The notes beneath the pieces were generated by a model. That model was not told the origin of the DNA, made no database searches, and worked only from the letters and a program-made list of their open reading frames with translations. Both the position numbers and the translations under genes were made by a program. DNA of 64,000 nucleotides from NCBI GenBank assembly GCA_965205425.1, contig CBDBGZ010000009.1, positions 864,001-928,000 on the forward strand, read 5' to 3'. This DNA is from Nitrosopumilus sp. GTDB lineage: Archaea > Thermoproteota > Nitrososphaeria > Nitrososphaerales > Nitrosopumilaceae. Below are positions 21,125 through 30,677 of this stretch, one piece after another; the stretch's first letter is position 1; every line of letters begins with the position of its first letter.

Positions 21125-21397
21125 ATGTTTAAGAAAAAACTAGGTTATACCCTAGTATTACTATCGTTTTTATTTTTATTTGTTCCCTCCTTTGTGCTAT
21201 TTGATAAATTATATCGTATGATATTGATAATTGGGAATGACAAAACTAATGACTTACAAATATCGTCTCCGATTATAGATTTTGGTGGTTCTGCAGAAGG
21301 TGTTGCCCTTTACATTGTATCTATATCTATTGTAGGTTGTCTGTTCCTTTGTACTGGCATATACATCGTACTTTATACAAAAAATCCCCAAAACTAG
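21125..21397 (+). CDS. Small two-TM membrane protein (partner of C)
   Basis: Two hydrophobic helices; 7 bp downstream of C. Confidence 0.75.
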   Translation: MFKKKLGYTLVLLSFLFLFVPSFVLFDKLYRMILIIGNDKTNDLQISSPIIDFGGSAEGVALYIVSISIVGCLFLCTGIYIVLYTKNPQN

Positions 21398-21513
21398 GGC
21401 AAAAAATCAAAAAGAACCTCAAAGAAAAAATATCTCACTGCAATAATTGACATCAATACCACCTGAGAGATTTAGTAGGACCGTAATTTATGCAATCAGG
21501 AAATTATTGAATG

Positions 21514-22542
21514 TCTATTATCCTCAAATTAGTTCATCCCATTATTTCCAGACTAAAGTCAAGATACGTTTGGAAAAGAGGAAAGAATCACAAGATTATG
21601 CAAAAGTTAGATCCAATCCAGATATCCTGGATAATCAAGTCAAAAGAGGACGGTGCCAAGAACGCAGACGTTGCCTCATCCATGAAGATATCTGTTGGGT
21701 GGATGCAGAAACTCTACTCACGGTATCGCCGTACTGGTGCAGTTCCAATCCTAGGCAAGTCTGGAAGGCCAAAGGGAATAATCACAGAGCAGATGGTGCA
21801 GACTGTCCAGTCTACATTTGAAAAGTTCAGGTGTTCTGCAGTATTCTTGGAGAAAATAATTGATACTACTGGAACACACATACCTCACAATACCATACAT
21901 AAAATTATGAGAGATGAAGGGTTGGCAGAAGCTCAGCCAAAGAAGAGGAGAAGACGAAAGTGGGTTCGATATGAAAGGACATATTCAAACTCCATGTGGC
22001 ATACTGACTGGAAGAAGCTAGATGATGGCAGATGGTTCTTATGCTACCAGGATGACGCATCAAGGTTTATCGTTTCTCATGGAGTGTTTGCAGAGGCAAC
22101 AACAGATAACGCACTTGTGGTATTACATGAGGCAATTGCAAAGCACGGTAGGCCTGCATCAATTCTAACTGATCATGGCTCCCAGTTTTATGCAAACCAA
22201 TCAGAATACAAGAGAAAAGGAGCATCCCAGTTTGAGCAGGAACTGGTAAAATTAGAGATAAAGCATATCATGGCAAGAGTGAACCATCCTCAAACCAATG
22301 GCAAGCTCGAAAGATTTCACGGCGAGATTCAGAGAAAGCAGAAATGGTTTGGCACCATTGATGAGCTGGTCCACTGGTACAATCACATAAAGCCACACAT
22401 GTCACTTGACTGGGATAATCTTGAGACTCCTGCAAAGGCATATGCAAGAAAGATGCCAGAGAAAGGAACAAGAGTTATTGATGAGCAGACAGGAGAAGAA
22501 TACGATGTCAAATAAGGGACGAACTGATTTTGGGATACAACA
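21514..22542 (+). mobile_element. IS481-family insertion sequence, copy 2 (1029 bp; transposase ends 22515)
   Basis: Reverse complement of 4408-5436; flanks are not duplicated. Confidence 0.9.
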
Positions 22543-22615
22543 GAAGGAAAAAAAGTGAGAAATCATACAATATATCAAATCCCTTAATTTATTATAAGAA
22601 TAGTTGTGTGTGATA

Positions 22616-23641
22616 GGGTGTGTCCTAAAACTATCCTCTAACATGTTTTGTAACCCCCATCAAATTAACAACTCGTATGTTGTAACAAATTACACGCAAC
22701 GCCAACTCTTTTCTTTGAACCAACTTGTTTTTTGATGACAAGCTATTTCCAAAGATTCTTTTGAGTACTGCAAATACTGATTCAACAAGTGACCTCTTGT
22801 GATAATGTCTGTCAAATTCATCTTGATTGTCCTGGAATAATGTTATCATTTTTTTCCATGATGCAGAGCCTTTGGGATTTCTAACTGTGTTCTTCTTTGG
22901 TTTGATGTATGGTATCTTTTGCAGAGTAGCTACCATATTGCAAATGTCTCGTGACAAATATGCAGGATCTGCACAAAAATCACCAATTCCCTTTGGAATG
23001 TCTTTGATTAGTTTTTTGAGAATTGGTGCATCACCACGAGTTCCTTTAGTAATGTCAAAAGATACTATTGCCATGGACTGTATTGCAATTAGGATGTGCA
23101 GTTTTAGATATAATTTCTTGGATTTGTGCGTGTTTGTCTTGATGTCAAACCAAGCCTCACATCTTTTGGTACCAAATCCTGAACTGTCAGGAGCTATGTC
23201 TTTTTTTTGATTGGTTCTGTGAGTTTTGCGTTTACCTTTTTCAAATAAGGCATTGGAATTCTTTTTAGACTGTCATTAATGACAGTCTTGCTTGGTGCTT
23301 TTTTGAGCTCCATTATTTCCAACAGATCCGGCCTTGATCTCAAGTGGGACTCCATGGAACGATAATCCAATCCAAACTTTACCTTTAGCATTGCACACAT
23401 TATCTTTGCTTTTGTTGGAAATGCAGGACGTCCGCCTGTCTTTGGTTCCCATGGTGTATCCATACTCCAAACTGTCTTCTTTACTTTTTCCAAGAATAGA
23501 ATCTCCTCATCCTTGCGATATGTGCCATATACTTGCCAGTCTCTTTTTGATTTGTTTTGCATAGTTGTTGTGATTCCATGCGATCAATATGTTACAGAAT
23601 TGAATAAAATTGTTATATTTGTCTACTTTTAGGACACACCC
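22616..23641 (-). mobile_element. IS5-family element, copy 1; two-frame transposase (23194-23562, then -1 frame to 22631)
   Basis: 15-bp IR GGGTGTGTCCTAAAA; DSSG, ADPAY and YHKRSLVESVF motifs; A8G run at 23200-23208; no TSD. Confidence 0.9.
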
Positions 23642-23774
23642 GATCTTTTGGAATATTATGGGGGTGTTGCAGGTATGCCGCAATTGCCAATAGTTGAGAA
23701 TCATCTGACTTTTTACCTTCTCCAAAGGGCAGCAATGGTATGATTTTTGACTGTATTTTACAGATACTGGAAAG

Positions 23775-23990
23775 TCATAGAGTGGATTTCTGTTTGACTA
23801 GGAGTAATCGTGCCCTGTCCTGCGTGTTTCGGGGGCCGGTTCTCAGAATAATGCCACAGCACGGACAGTTTACCCCATCCCATACCAGAAATACCGCACA
23901 AACAGAGCATCTCTTCTGTCCAGATGAGTATCTGCTTTTCATGAATGATTTTTTTGCCTTGTATTTTACACAGATTTCCCTACACCCCAT
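23775..23990 (-). CDS. Small Cys-rich (zinc-finger) protein
   Basis: CREIC, CSVC, CPCCG. Confidence 0.65.
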   Translation of the reverse strand: MGCREICVKYKAKKSFMKSRYSSGQKRCSVCAVFLVWDGVNCPCCGIILRTGPRNTQDRARLLLVKQKSTL

Positions 23991-24095
23991 GAATTAGTTT
24001 TGAAATGATTCTCGTATATGTATGAATAGATGGATTGGTTTTGGTCTCTTTTCCGGAAATTATTTTAAAGTTATTTTTTAGACGATAAGAAACAG

Positions 24096-24962
24096 TCAAA
24101 TCCAAAGAAATTCCTCAGGATCGCCTTGAATTGCCTGAGACCTCAAAGTTATCTCATCCCAGCTGTCACAATCAACATCCAATCTATTGCATGCAGACAA
24201 TATTTGCTCCATGTACGGTGCAGCATATCTCATCCTTACAACTAGTTCAAACAAGTCTTGTATTTTTTTATCAAAAATATCATTTTCAACAATACAGTCA
24301 TGCTGCAATTGGCATATTTTCTCCAAATCAGTGATGTTTGTTTTGTTTTTGTTTCTGATTATTGATAGGTTTTTTTCTTGCTCAAACAGATTATCCAAAT
24401 CAATTGAATTTATTTTTCCAAACTTTCCATATATTGAGGATTTGATATTATAAACGGCATAATACACACTAGTTGACAGCCTATACTCGTATTTTGTTTG
24501 TGCAGGGCAGGGTATTGCAGTCTCACCAACAAAACCAGAAAAGAACAGTCCCGATTCACGCAATACGTCGAAAGTTGTATCGCCAGTATGAATATGGTTC
24601 ATCACCTTGTTTTCAGTGTCAAACATTTTTCTCAGATGAGTATTGCGAAACAGTGCGGGATCAGTTGGGCCTTTGAGGTTTTTCAAAAATTCTGCAACTG
24701 GAAATGACTCAAACTCGGATGTCGGTTTTACAATACATGCCAAAGAATAACCCTGATTGAACAAAGACCTAACCAGTAAATGATAATGGTTTTTTGTGTT
24801 TTTATCTTTACTGTAAAGTCTATCAATGATATCATTAGTGGTTCTAATCCATTTGAATTTTACAAATTTCAAATTATTTTTCTGTATTTGCTTGATTCCC
24901 TCTTTGTAAATTCCAGTTACTATAGGCATCAGGGGAGAACAATACAAACCCAACACTGTCAA
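24096..24962 (-). CDS. Nucleoside-diphosphate-kinase-like protein with a C-terminal extension
   Basis: LKGPTDP...LRKMF...NHIHTGD....RESGLFF matches the NDK GxTxP..R..NxxHxxD..RE..FF pattern. Confidence 0.65.
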   Translation of the reverse strand: MTVLGLYCSPLMPIVTGIYKEGIKQIQKNNLKFVKFKWIRTTNDIIDRLYSKDKNTKNHYHLLVRSLFNQGYSLACIVKPTSEFESFPVAEFLKNLKGPTDPALFRNTHLRKMFDTENKVMNHIHTGDTTFDVLRESGLFFSGFVGETAIPCPAQTKYEYRLSTSVYYAVYNIKSSIYGKFGKINSIDLDNLFEQEKNLSIIRNKNKTNITDLEKICQLQHDCIVENDIFDKKIQDLFELVVRMRYAAPYMEQILSACNRLDVDCDSWDEITLRSQAIQGDPEEFLWI

Positions 24963-24977
24963 AATCAGTCAAAACGA

Positions 24978-25679
24978 CTATTGTGGATAAATTATGGTAC
25001 CTTTGCCTGTTTTGCTCTCTACAAAATCCCTTATGGATTTGACATCATATCCATTGAGAACTGTACAGGTTTGGTTTTTCTCCATCAAGAATGGAGGCAG
25101 ACAAGCATCAACACATGTTGCAGATGTACCATTCAAAACACTTGCATTAGCTGTGCTTTGTGGTTTACCAGACATGTCATTTGAATCCTCATAAATCCCA
25201 TCCACATCTGTCAGTATTGCAAATTTCTTTGCAGACAAAATGTTTGCAAAATAGGCAGACATTGTATCAGATGTTATCCTCCAGCTTTGCTCAAAGACAT
25301 TTAGTTGGATTATCATGTTTGATGGAAGCATGACTGCAAGTTTGTCATTATCAAATATTTTTTTCATATCCACAAATGTTGAAAAGAACCCCACATCACC
25401 ACACATGGAGCCAAATATCAGTCCTGTCTGGTCTTGTGCCCTTGCACATAGATTATGATGGATTTCTGGCTGAAACGAAACTGTCTTGTTTAACTTTTCA
25501 ATGTAATTGTCAATTGGGCCACCACCAGGAAACACAACAATGTTGTGATGTGTCCCAAGATCCGACAATTCAGATGCCAGTAACTTGCACTTTTCCAGAT
25601 TATTCAACAGACTTCCACCAAGTTTGATTAAAACATCAACGTCTAAATCCTGAAAGCCTGGCAATTTTTCTTTGCTCAT
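24978..25679 (-). CDS. Amino-acid-kinase family protein (MfnE/uridylate-kinase-like)
   Basis: IKLGGSL, PGGG, SWRITSD, LTDVDGIY, TCVD. Confidence 0.85.
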   Translation of the reverse strand: MSKEKLPGFQDLDVDVLIKLGGSLLNNLEKCKLLASELSDLGTHHNIVVFPGGGPIDNYIEKLNKTVSFQPEIHHNLCARAQDQTGLIFGSMCGDVGFFSTFVDMKKIFDNDKLAVMLPSNMIIQLNVFEQSWRITSDTMSAYFANILSAKKFAILTDVDGIYEDSNDMSGKPQSTANASVLNGTSATCVDACLPPFLMEKNQTCTVLNGYDVKSIRDFVESKTGKGTIIYPQ

Positions 25680-26911
25680 GTCACTCTTTTTAAAACCATA
25701 TCTAATATGTCAAACGCTTCTAAAAATGATTTCTGAGAAGTGATTAAAGGAGGTTTGAAAATCAAAACGTTTGTTTGTCCTGATGCAATTCTCAACAATA
25801 ATCCGCCATCAAAACATTGTTTACGAATTTGTTCGGTTCTGGTATTCTTTTGATTCTCTAAAATGACAATTCCCCACAAATGTCCTATGCCCCTAAAATC
25901 TAAAATCATAGAATGTTCATTTTTCAGACATTTTAGAAAATGTCTAATCTTTTTTTCGTTTTTCTTTACTTGTTTGAGTAAATTTGTTTTGGAGAGAATA
26001 TCCAAATTAGTTGATGCTACAACACATGATATTGGATTTGCGCCATCAGTGATTTCATGTTCACCGTAATCCAGATTATCCATGTCTCTTGTGGAGAATG
26101 TCATAGATAACGGGTATCCTGTAGCAAATGCCTTTCCACCAGTCAGAATATCAGGGGTCACGCCAAAATAATTTGTAGCAAAATACTCCCCCAACCAGCC
26201 AAAACCGGTCTGAACCTCATCGAAGATCAATGGAATATCATAATCTTTTGTAATTTTTCTAATTGTCGACAGAAATTCTTTGTCGTGAATTATAACTCCT
26301 GCCTCTACCATGATTGGTTCAAGTATTACAGTTGCAATTGTTTTATGTTTTGATTCAATTAGACTGGAAAATTCATTGATGGATTGACGTACACAAGTAA
26401 CAGTATGTTTTCCATTAGAATATACATCACAATTGCAAGGTTTGAGGAAATCCACATTGTTACGATTCAAATATTTCTTATCAAAATTTTTCCCACTGAT
26501 CCTCATGGTCTCCATTGATTGTCCATGATGACTGCCAAGAAAAGAGACAGCACCAATACAGTTTCGTTTTTTGTAGGCCATTTTTAGTGCCCCTTCATTT
26601 GCAAGTGTTCCACTAGTGATCTTTATGTTAACTTTGGTTAATTCTGATGGCGCCATCTGCATTAGCTGTTTTATCAGTTTGTGGGAGTATGGATTTCCAA
26701 ATCTTGAGGAAATGTAAGTTATGGAATTGATTACATCTGATATTGATTTGGTTATTTTTGGATGACACTGACCCAAACTAAGATTCAAAGTCTGTGATGT
26801 AAAGTCAAGGTACCTTTTTTGATTACCATCATAAATAATCTCACCTTTTCCCCTGATCACATCAAAGTAAATTGGTTTTGTATTTTTTGAATAGTTTTTC
26901 ATAAATTTCAT
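25676..26911 (-). CDS. Class III PLP-dependent aminotransferase
   Basis: YLDF, LGQCHP, SHHG, ILEPI, LIFDEVQTGFG, PDILTGGK. Confidence 0.9.
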   Translation of the reverse strand: MKFMKNYSKNTKPIYFDVIRGKGEIIYDGNQKRYLDFTSQTLNLSLGQCHPKITKSISDVINSITYISSRFGNPYSHKLIKQLMQMAPSELTKVNIKITSGTLANEGALKMAYKKRNCIGAVSFLGSHHGQSMETMRISGKNFDKKYLNRNNVDFLKPCNCDVYSNGKHTVTCVRQSINEFSSLIESKHKTIATVILEPIMVEAGVIIHDKEFLSTIRKITKDYDIPLIFDEVQTGFGWLGEYFATNYFGVTPDILTGGKAFATGYPLSMTFSTRDMDNLDYGEHEITDGANPISCVVASTNLDILSKTNLLKQVKKNEKKIRHFLKCLKNEHSMILDFRGIGHLWGIVILENQKNTRTEQIRKQCFDGGLLLRIASGQTNVLIFKPPLITSQKSFLEAFDILDMVLKRVT

Positions 26912-27041
26912 CGCAGTGATGGATTTTAAGGGATTTTTAACATCTGCAACAATTCATGAACTCCCGCAAAGATCACTGTCATTTCCTGCAAGGCATGCCA
27001 ATCCAAACAACAGCAACTTTCAGTGTCATAAAACTGCAAGC

Positions 27042-27509
27042 TCATTTTTTCAATTGCATACATATCTGGCATACTGTACTGCCATTTCTCACCACGACAC
27101 ACACGTTGCTAGAATGACAAACACTGCACATCCCATGGTGTCGTCTGTGCTGGTGTCTTTTCAAGGACTCTTCATCATGATAGAAAATTTCACATTCCTC
27201 ACATATTACCACAGGAACTTTTTCTTTCTTTTTGGGTTTGTATTTATCCAGTACTGGAAGTTTTGTCATTCTGATTAGTTGTTTACTGGAATGATTTTTT
27301 TGTAAATATGGAGATTGTGCAAGGTTTTCTTTTTGTTTTTCCTTTATTATACAAAGTTCTGAATCTGGAATATTCCAAGTTTGGGAACGACAATGCCTGT
27401 TAGGACATGCCTTGGGAATTGAAATACTCTGTTCATCGGCATTTATTTTTGATGTAAAGGATAATCCACATCTAAAACAAGATAATATTGGAACCTGAAG
27501 AATTTTCAT
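27042..27509 (-). CDS. Multi-zinc-finger hypothetical protein
   Basis: CFRC, CPNRHC, C2H2-like CEEC..HQHRRH, CSVC, CQIC. Confidence 0.65.
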   Translation of the reverse strand: MKILQVPILSCFRCGLSFTSKINADEQSISIPKACPNRHCRSQTWNIPDSELCIIKEKQKENLAQSPYLQKNHSSKQLIRMTKLPVLDKYKPKKKEKVPVVICEECEIFYHDEESLKRHQHRRHHGMCSVCHSSNVCVVVRNGSTVCQICMQLKK

Positions 27510-27534
27510 TTAATCTAGGAAATATGCCACAATA

Positions 27535-27987
27535 TCATTTTAAGGAATTCTCATTGAGCAACCTATCAACGTATTCGCAGAATTTCTTCACTGATTTTGT
27601 ACTTGTTCCATCTTGTAGTGTGTGATCCTCAAGATGACAAATCACACGTTTTAGATACCCGTTAAAACTTCTATTGTCTTTTTTTGACAGGCTATTTTTC
27701 ACAACTGACCTCACAACAAGCGGTGCAACTATTGGATATGTCGGCAGTGCCCTAAATGCCACACATATCAGTCTCAATCCCTCACGAGTTGTCTTGTTCA
27801 TCCTCATTTGTTGTGTATCATTATTTGGTATTCTCTCAAATTGATCCATATACATCTCCATGGCCCTGCCCAGTTCAGGCCCATATCCGCCTCTAATTGT
27901 ATGGTGATGTGATAGTAGAAAATACTCCCAACGAATCTTGATATCCTCATCAATGCGTGTGTGAATTCTGACTTTGTTTTTTTCCAT
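27535..27987 (-). CDS. Hypothetical protein with an RHH-like N-terminus
   Basis: RIHTRIDED..W..F; shares an RG.Y..EL..AM..Y motif with 28493-28810. Confidence 0.6.
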   Translation of the reverse strand: MEKNKVRIHTRIDEDIKIRWEYFLLSHHHTIRGGYGPELGRAMEMYMDQFERIPNNDTQQMRMNKTTREGLRLICVAFRALPTYPIVAPLVVRSVVKNSLSKKDNRSFNGYLKRVICHLEDHTLQDGTSTKSVKKFCEYVDRLLNENSLK

Positions 27988-28010
27988 TTTAGATATGATT
28001 AATAATTACT

Positions 28011-28424
28011 TGCAGTTTGGCACTAAATAACAATTTGTAGTTTGGCACTAAATAACAATTTGTAGTTTGGCGTCACCACGCCTAAAATTGTTTGTTTGTT
28101 GTTTTATTGTTAGAGGAACAACAAACATTATTCTTAGAATAATTCATGCCTAGAGATCTAAAAATTATATGCAGTTTGGCGTTATAATACATGTTTTTAA
28201 TTAATTAATTGCAGTTTGGCACCATTTGGCACCATTTGGCGCCAAACTACAAAGACTTTGTTGTAAATCATCAAAAATCAACAAAATTGATGAATTTTTA
28301 TTCCCAAAAATGAGTTTGAAATTATTTCCATGTCTACTTGCAAACAAACAACAAACAAACAATTAGTTGGTTTTTGGATCATATAGTCGTAAATTATATG
28401 CAGTTTGGCACCGTTTGGCGCCAA
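28011..28424. repeat. Iteron-like repeat array (TGYAGTTTGGC core)
   Basis: Core at 28011, 28036, 28061 (25-bp period), 28170, 28210, 28399 and inverted at 28241-28251; 19-bp IR at 28086-28104 / 28346-28364. Confidence 0.85.
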
Positions 28425-28492
28425 TTTTAGTCATTACCTGCAAAAACTTTGTGATAAATTTTGATCGCATTTTTAGAGTGATTTTTTTGCGA

Positions 28493-28810
28493 TCAGTATT
28501 GATCATCATGGAAATGAATGTACAATAACATGGCTTTCTCCAACTCATGTTGATATGGGCCACGCACTACTCCGTTGTGCCTCTTTTTGACAAATTCCTT
28601 GAATCGCTCTGCGGCATACCCTGATACTGTGGTGTTTATTCTTGATTTTTCAAGCATTCTCTGTAATCGTATCGTTTCATCTATCTCTTTTAAGAAATCA
28701 TTTGTTTGATTTCTGACCTTTATCATTTTTTTCTGGATTTGTATCATCTCATTTGCAAGGGATGTTATCTTACCACAATAGTTTTTTTGAGGTGTTGCGG
28801 GCTTTGACAT
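28493..28810 (-). CDS. Coiled-coil + RHH-like hypothetical protein
   Basis: RINTTVS...F..FVKKRHNGVVRGPYQHELEKAM, paralogous to 27535-27987. Confidence 0.6.
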   Translation of the reverse strand: MSKPATPQKNYCGKITSLANEMIQIQKKMIKVRNQTNDFLKEIDETIRLQRMLEKSRINTTVSGYAAERFKEFVKKRHNGVVRGPYQHELEKAMLLYIHFHDDQY

Positions 28811-28814
28811 TATT

Positions 28815-29012
28815 TTATGATACTGGATTGTATCTTCCAGGACTTGACTCGTAAACCATACTCTCCCTTAGGGCTCTTTTGATGAATTCCTTGGCAGAGT
28901 ATTCGTCCCATTTTCCACTCTCTGTCATGTTCTTTACTATCTCTTTTTCAGTCGCACCAGTACCATAGGTTGCAGCGACCCCTTTCATGATATCTCCGAA
29001 CAGCTGCATCTT
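28815..29012 (-). pseudogene. C-terminal winged-helix remnant of an MCM helicase, truncated by the IS
   Basis: KMQLF....EKE..K...W....A..FI.R.LRE..VYESSPGRYN resembles the archaeal MCM C-terminus; the frame begins at the IS end. Confidence 0.7.
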
Positions 29013-30332
29013 CAGTAGATGGGAAAGTACATCAAATTACACATTCTAGAAAATAATTATTTTTGTTATTTCTAAGGTAATGAATAATTATCTTTACAAA
29101 GAAATATTTGAGAATTTCAATTGATATTATTGGTTTGTAATTTTTTACATTGGTTTCTTCTGAGATAATCAAATTAGCAATTATCCATGCATTGTACAAA
29201 ATCAAGGAATAGTAAAAATACAACAATCTTATGGATTGGTTTGAACTGGTGGTTTTTGGTCTGAACCTTCCCACACATGCATATCCTGTTTCAATTCCCC
29301 AACGTTTCTTGTAATCAGTTGGAATGTTTTGTATGTTATATGATATTTCTTTTGGTGAAACGTTTGTTGCAAACACAGCATACTGATCAATAATATCTGA
29401 TTTTTTTCTTGCATTTTTGTTTGGCAGAATAACTAGATTAAATGATTCTACATGTCCTAATGATGATTTTATCGTGTATGGCGAGATTGACTTTCTATCT
29501 CCATTAACATATTGTAAAATGGCATCTTTGATTCGAGAATTCTTTTTTGCAGGCATTAGAAATTTTAAATTCCTTTGTTTTATTTCTGAAATTGTTCCAG
29601 CTGTGAAAAACTCCCTATCCACTAGCAATAGTTTAATCTTGATTCCATTATTGATGCCATCAGAGAGTAATTTACGCACAAAATCGGCATTTGATTTGTT
29701 GTCATACAAAGGATAACAACCTAATTGAGCCCTGATTCTTTTTTCAACGCACTGCATGGTGCAGTAACTCTCAAAATGAGTAGTACTGTTTTTTGATTTT
29801 GATTTTATTAAAGAATGGTTTGGCAATTTGTCATATCTTGGGATTAGATGTTTGTCAATTGCTACAGTAACTGGTTGCTCCAATACTCCCAATTCTTGTA
29901 ATTTTGATATGGTACTATCCAGTGAACGATGTAATTGAATTTGCATTGTTTTTTGTGATATTTTTGATATGATTTTTCTCAACCATGAAACCAGTTGGAG
30001 AAGCATTATCTGATTCCATTGCCAGTCTCTTTAATCCAGATTCAGAATATGAATTTCCCAAACACAATGACATGATAGAATTATGTGCATCTGCATTGTG
30101 GAACCGTGAGTTATTTTTACTAGAGCATGGAAACAATAAGATATTGTACATTATTTTAGTGATAATCTCAAATGCTTTAGATAGTATCACGCCTTGGTGT
30201 GTCATGGTATCAAATGAAGTACAATGCATATTTGATGGAGTGACATACTTTCATCAAGCTTTTTCTATCTGAATAGATTGATTGAATAATTGATAGTTTT
30301 TGATCTAAATTGAGTTACTTTCCCATCTACTG
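29013..30332 (-). mobile_element. IS4-superfamily (ISH3-like) element, copy 2
   Basis: CAGTAGATGGGAAAGTA IRs; same two-frame transposase (29915-30229, 29032-30006); no TSD. Confidence 0.88.
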
Positions 30333-30386
30333 AGTTTTTTTATGAAAATTTCTTTGCTGTTTTTTTTATTATAATTGCAATTGTAA

Positions 30387-30677
30387 TTATATTTTATTGA
30401 TTAACTGCTCTTCCTCTTCAATTGCAGCATCTATGAGTGCCCTGGCTAATATTCTCCCAGTTTCTATCCTCATTCCTTTGTTGATGCATTCTTTTTCAAA
30501 AAGAGATATGACGTATTCCTCTCTTTTTTCATCAATTATGGAAAGACCGTGATCTTTTTTGTAATTGGCTATCTTTTTAGCTATGTTGATTCTTTTTGAA
30601 ATCGACGACACTATTTCTGTATTAATTTGATCAATTTCAAATCTCATATTTTCCAAATCACTCATTTTACTCAACAT
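30387..30677 (-). CDS. Chorismate mutase type II-like protein
   Basis: LENMRFEIDQIN.EIV..I.KR..IA..IA.YK...I.D.KRE. Confidence 0.8.
   Translation of the reverse strand: MLSKMSDLENMRFEIDQINTEIVSSISKRINIAKKIANYKKDHGLSIIDEKREEYVISLFEKECINKGMRIETGRILARALIDAAIEEEEQLINKI

Noticed and set aside
28011..28072. 25-bp periodic repeats as a mini-CRISPR
   Set aside because: The units are contiguous tandem copies with no unique spacers, and there are no cas genes
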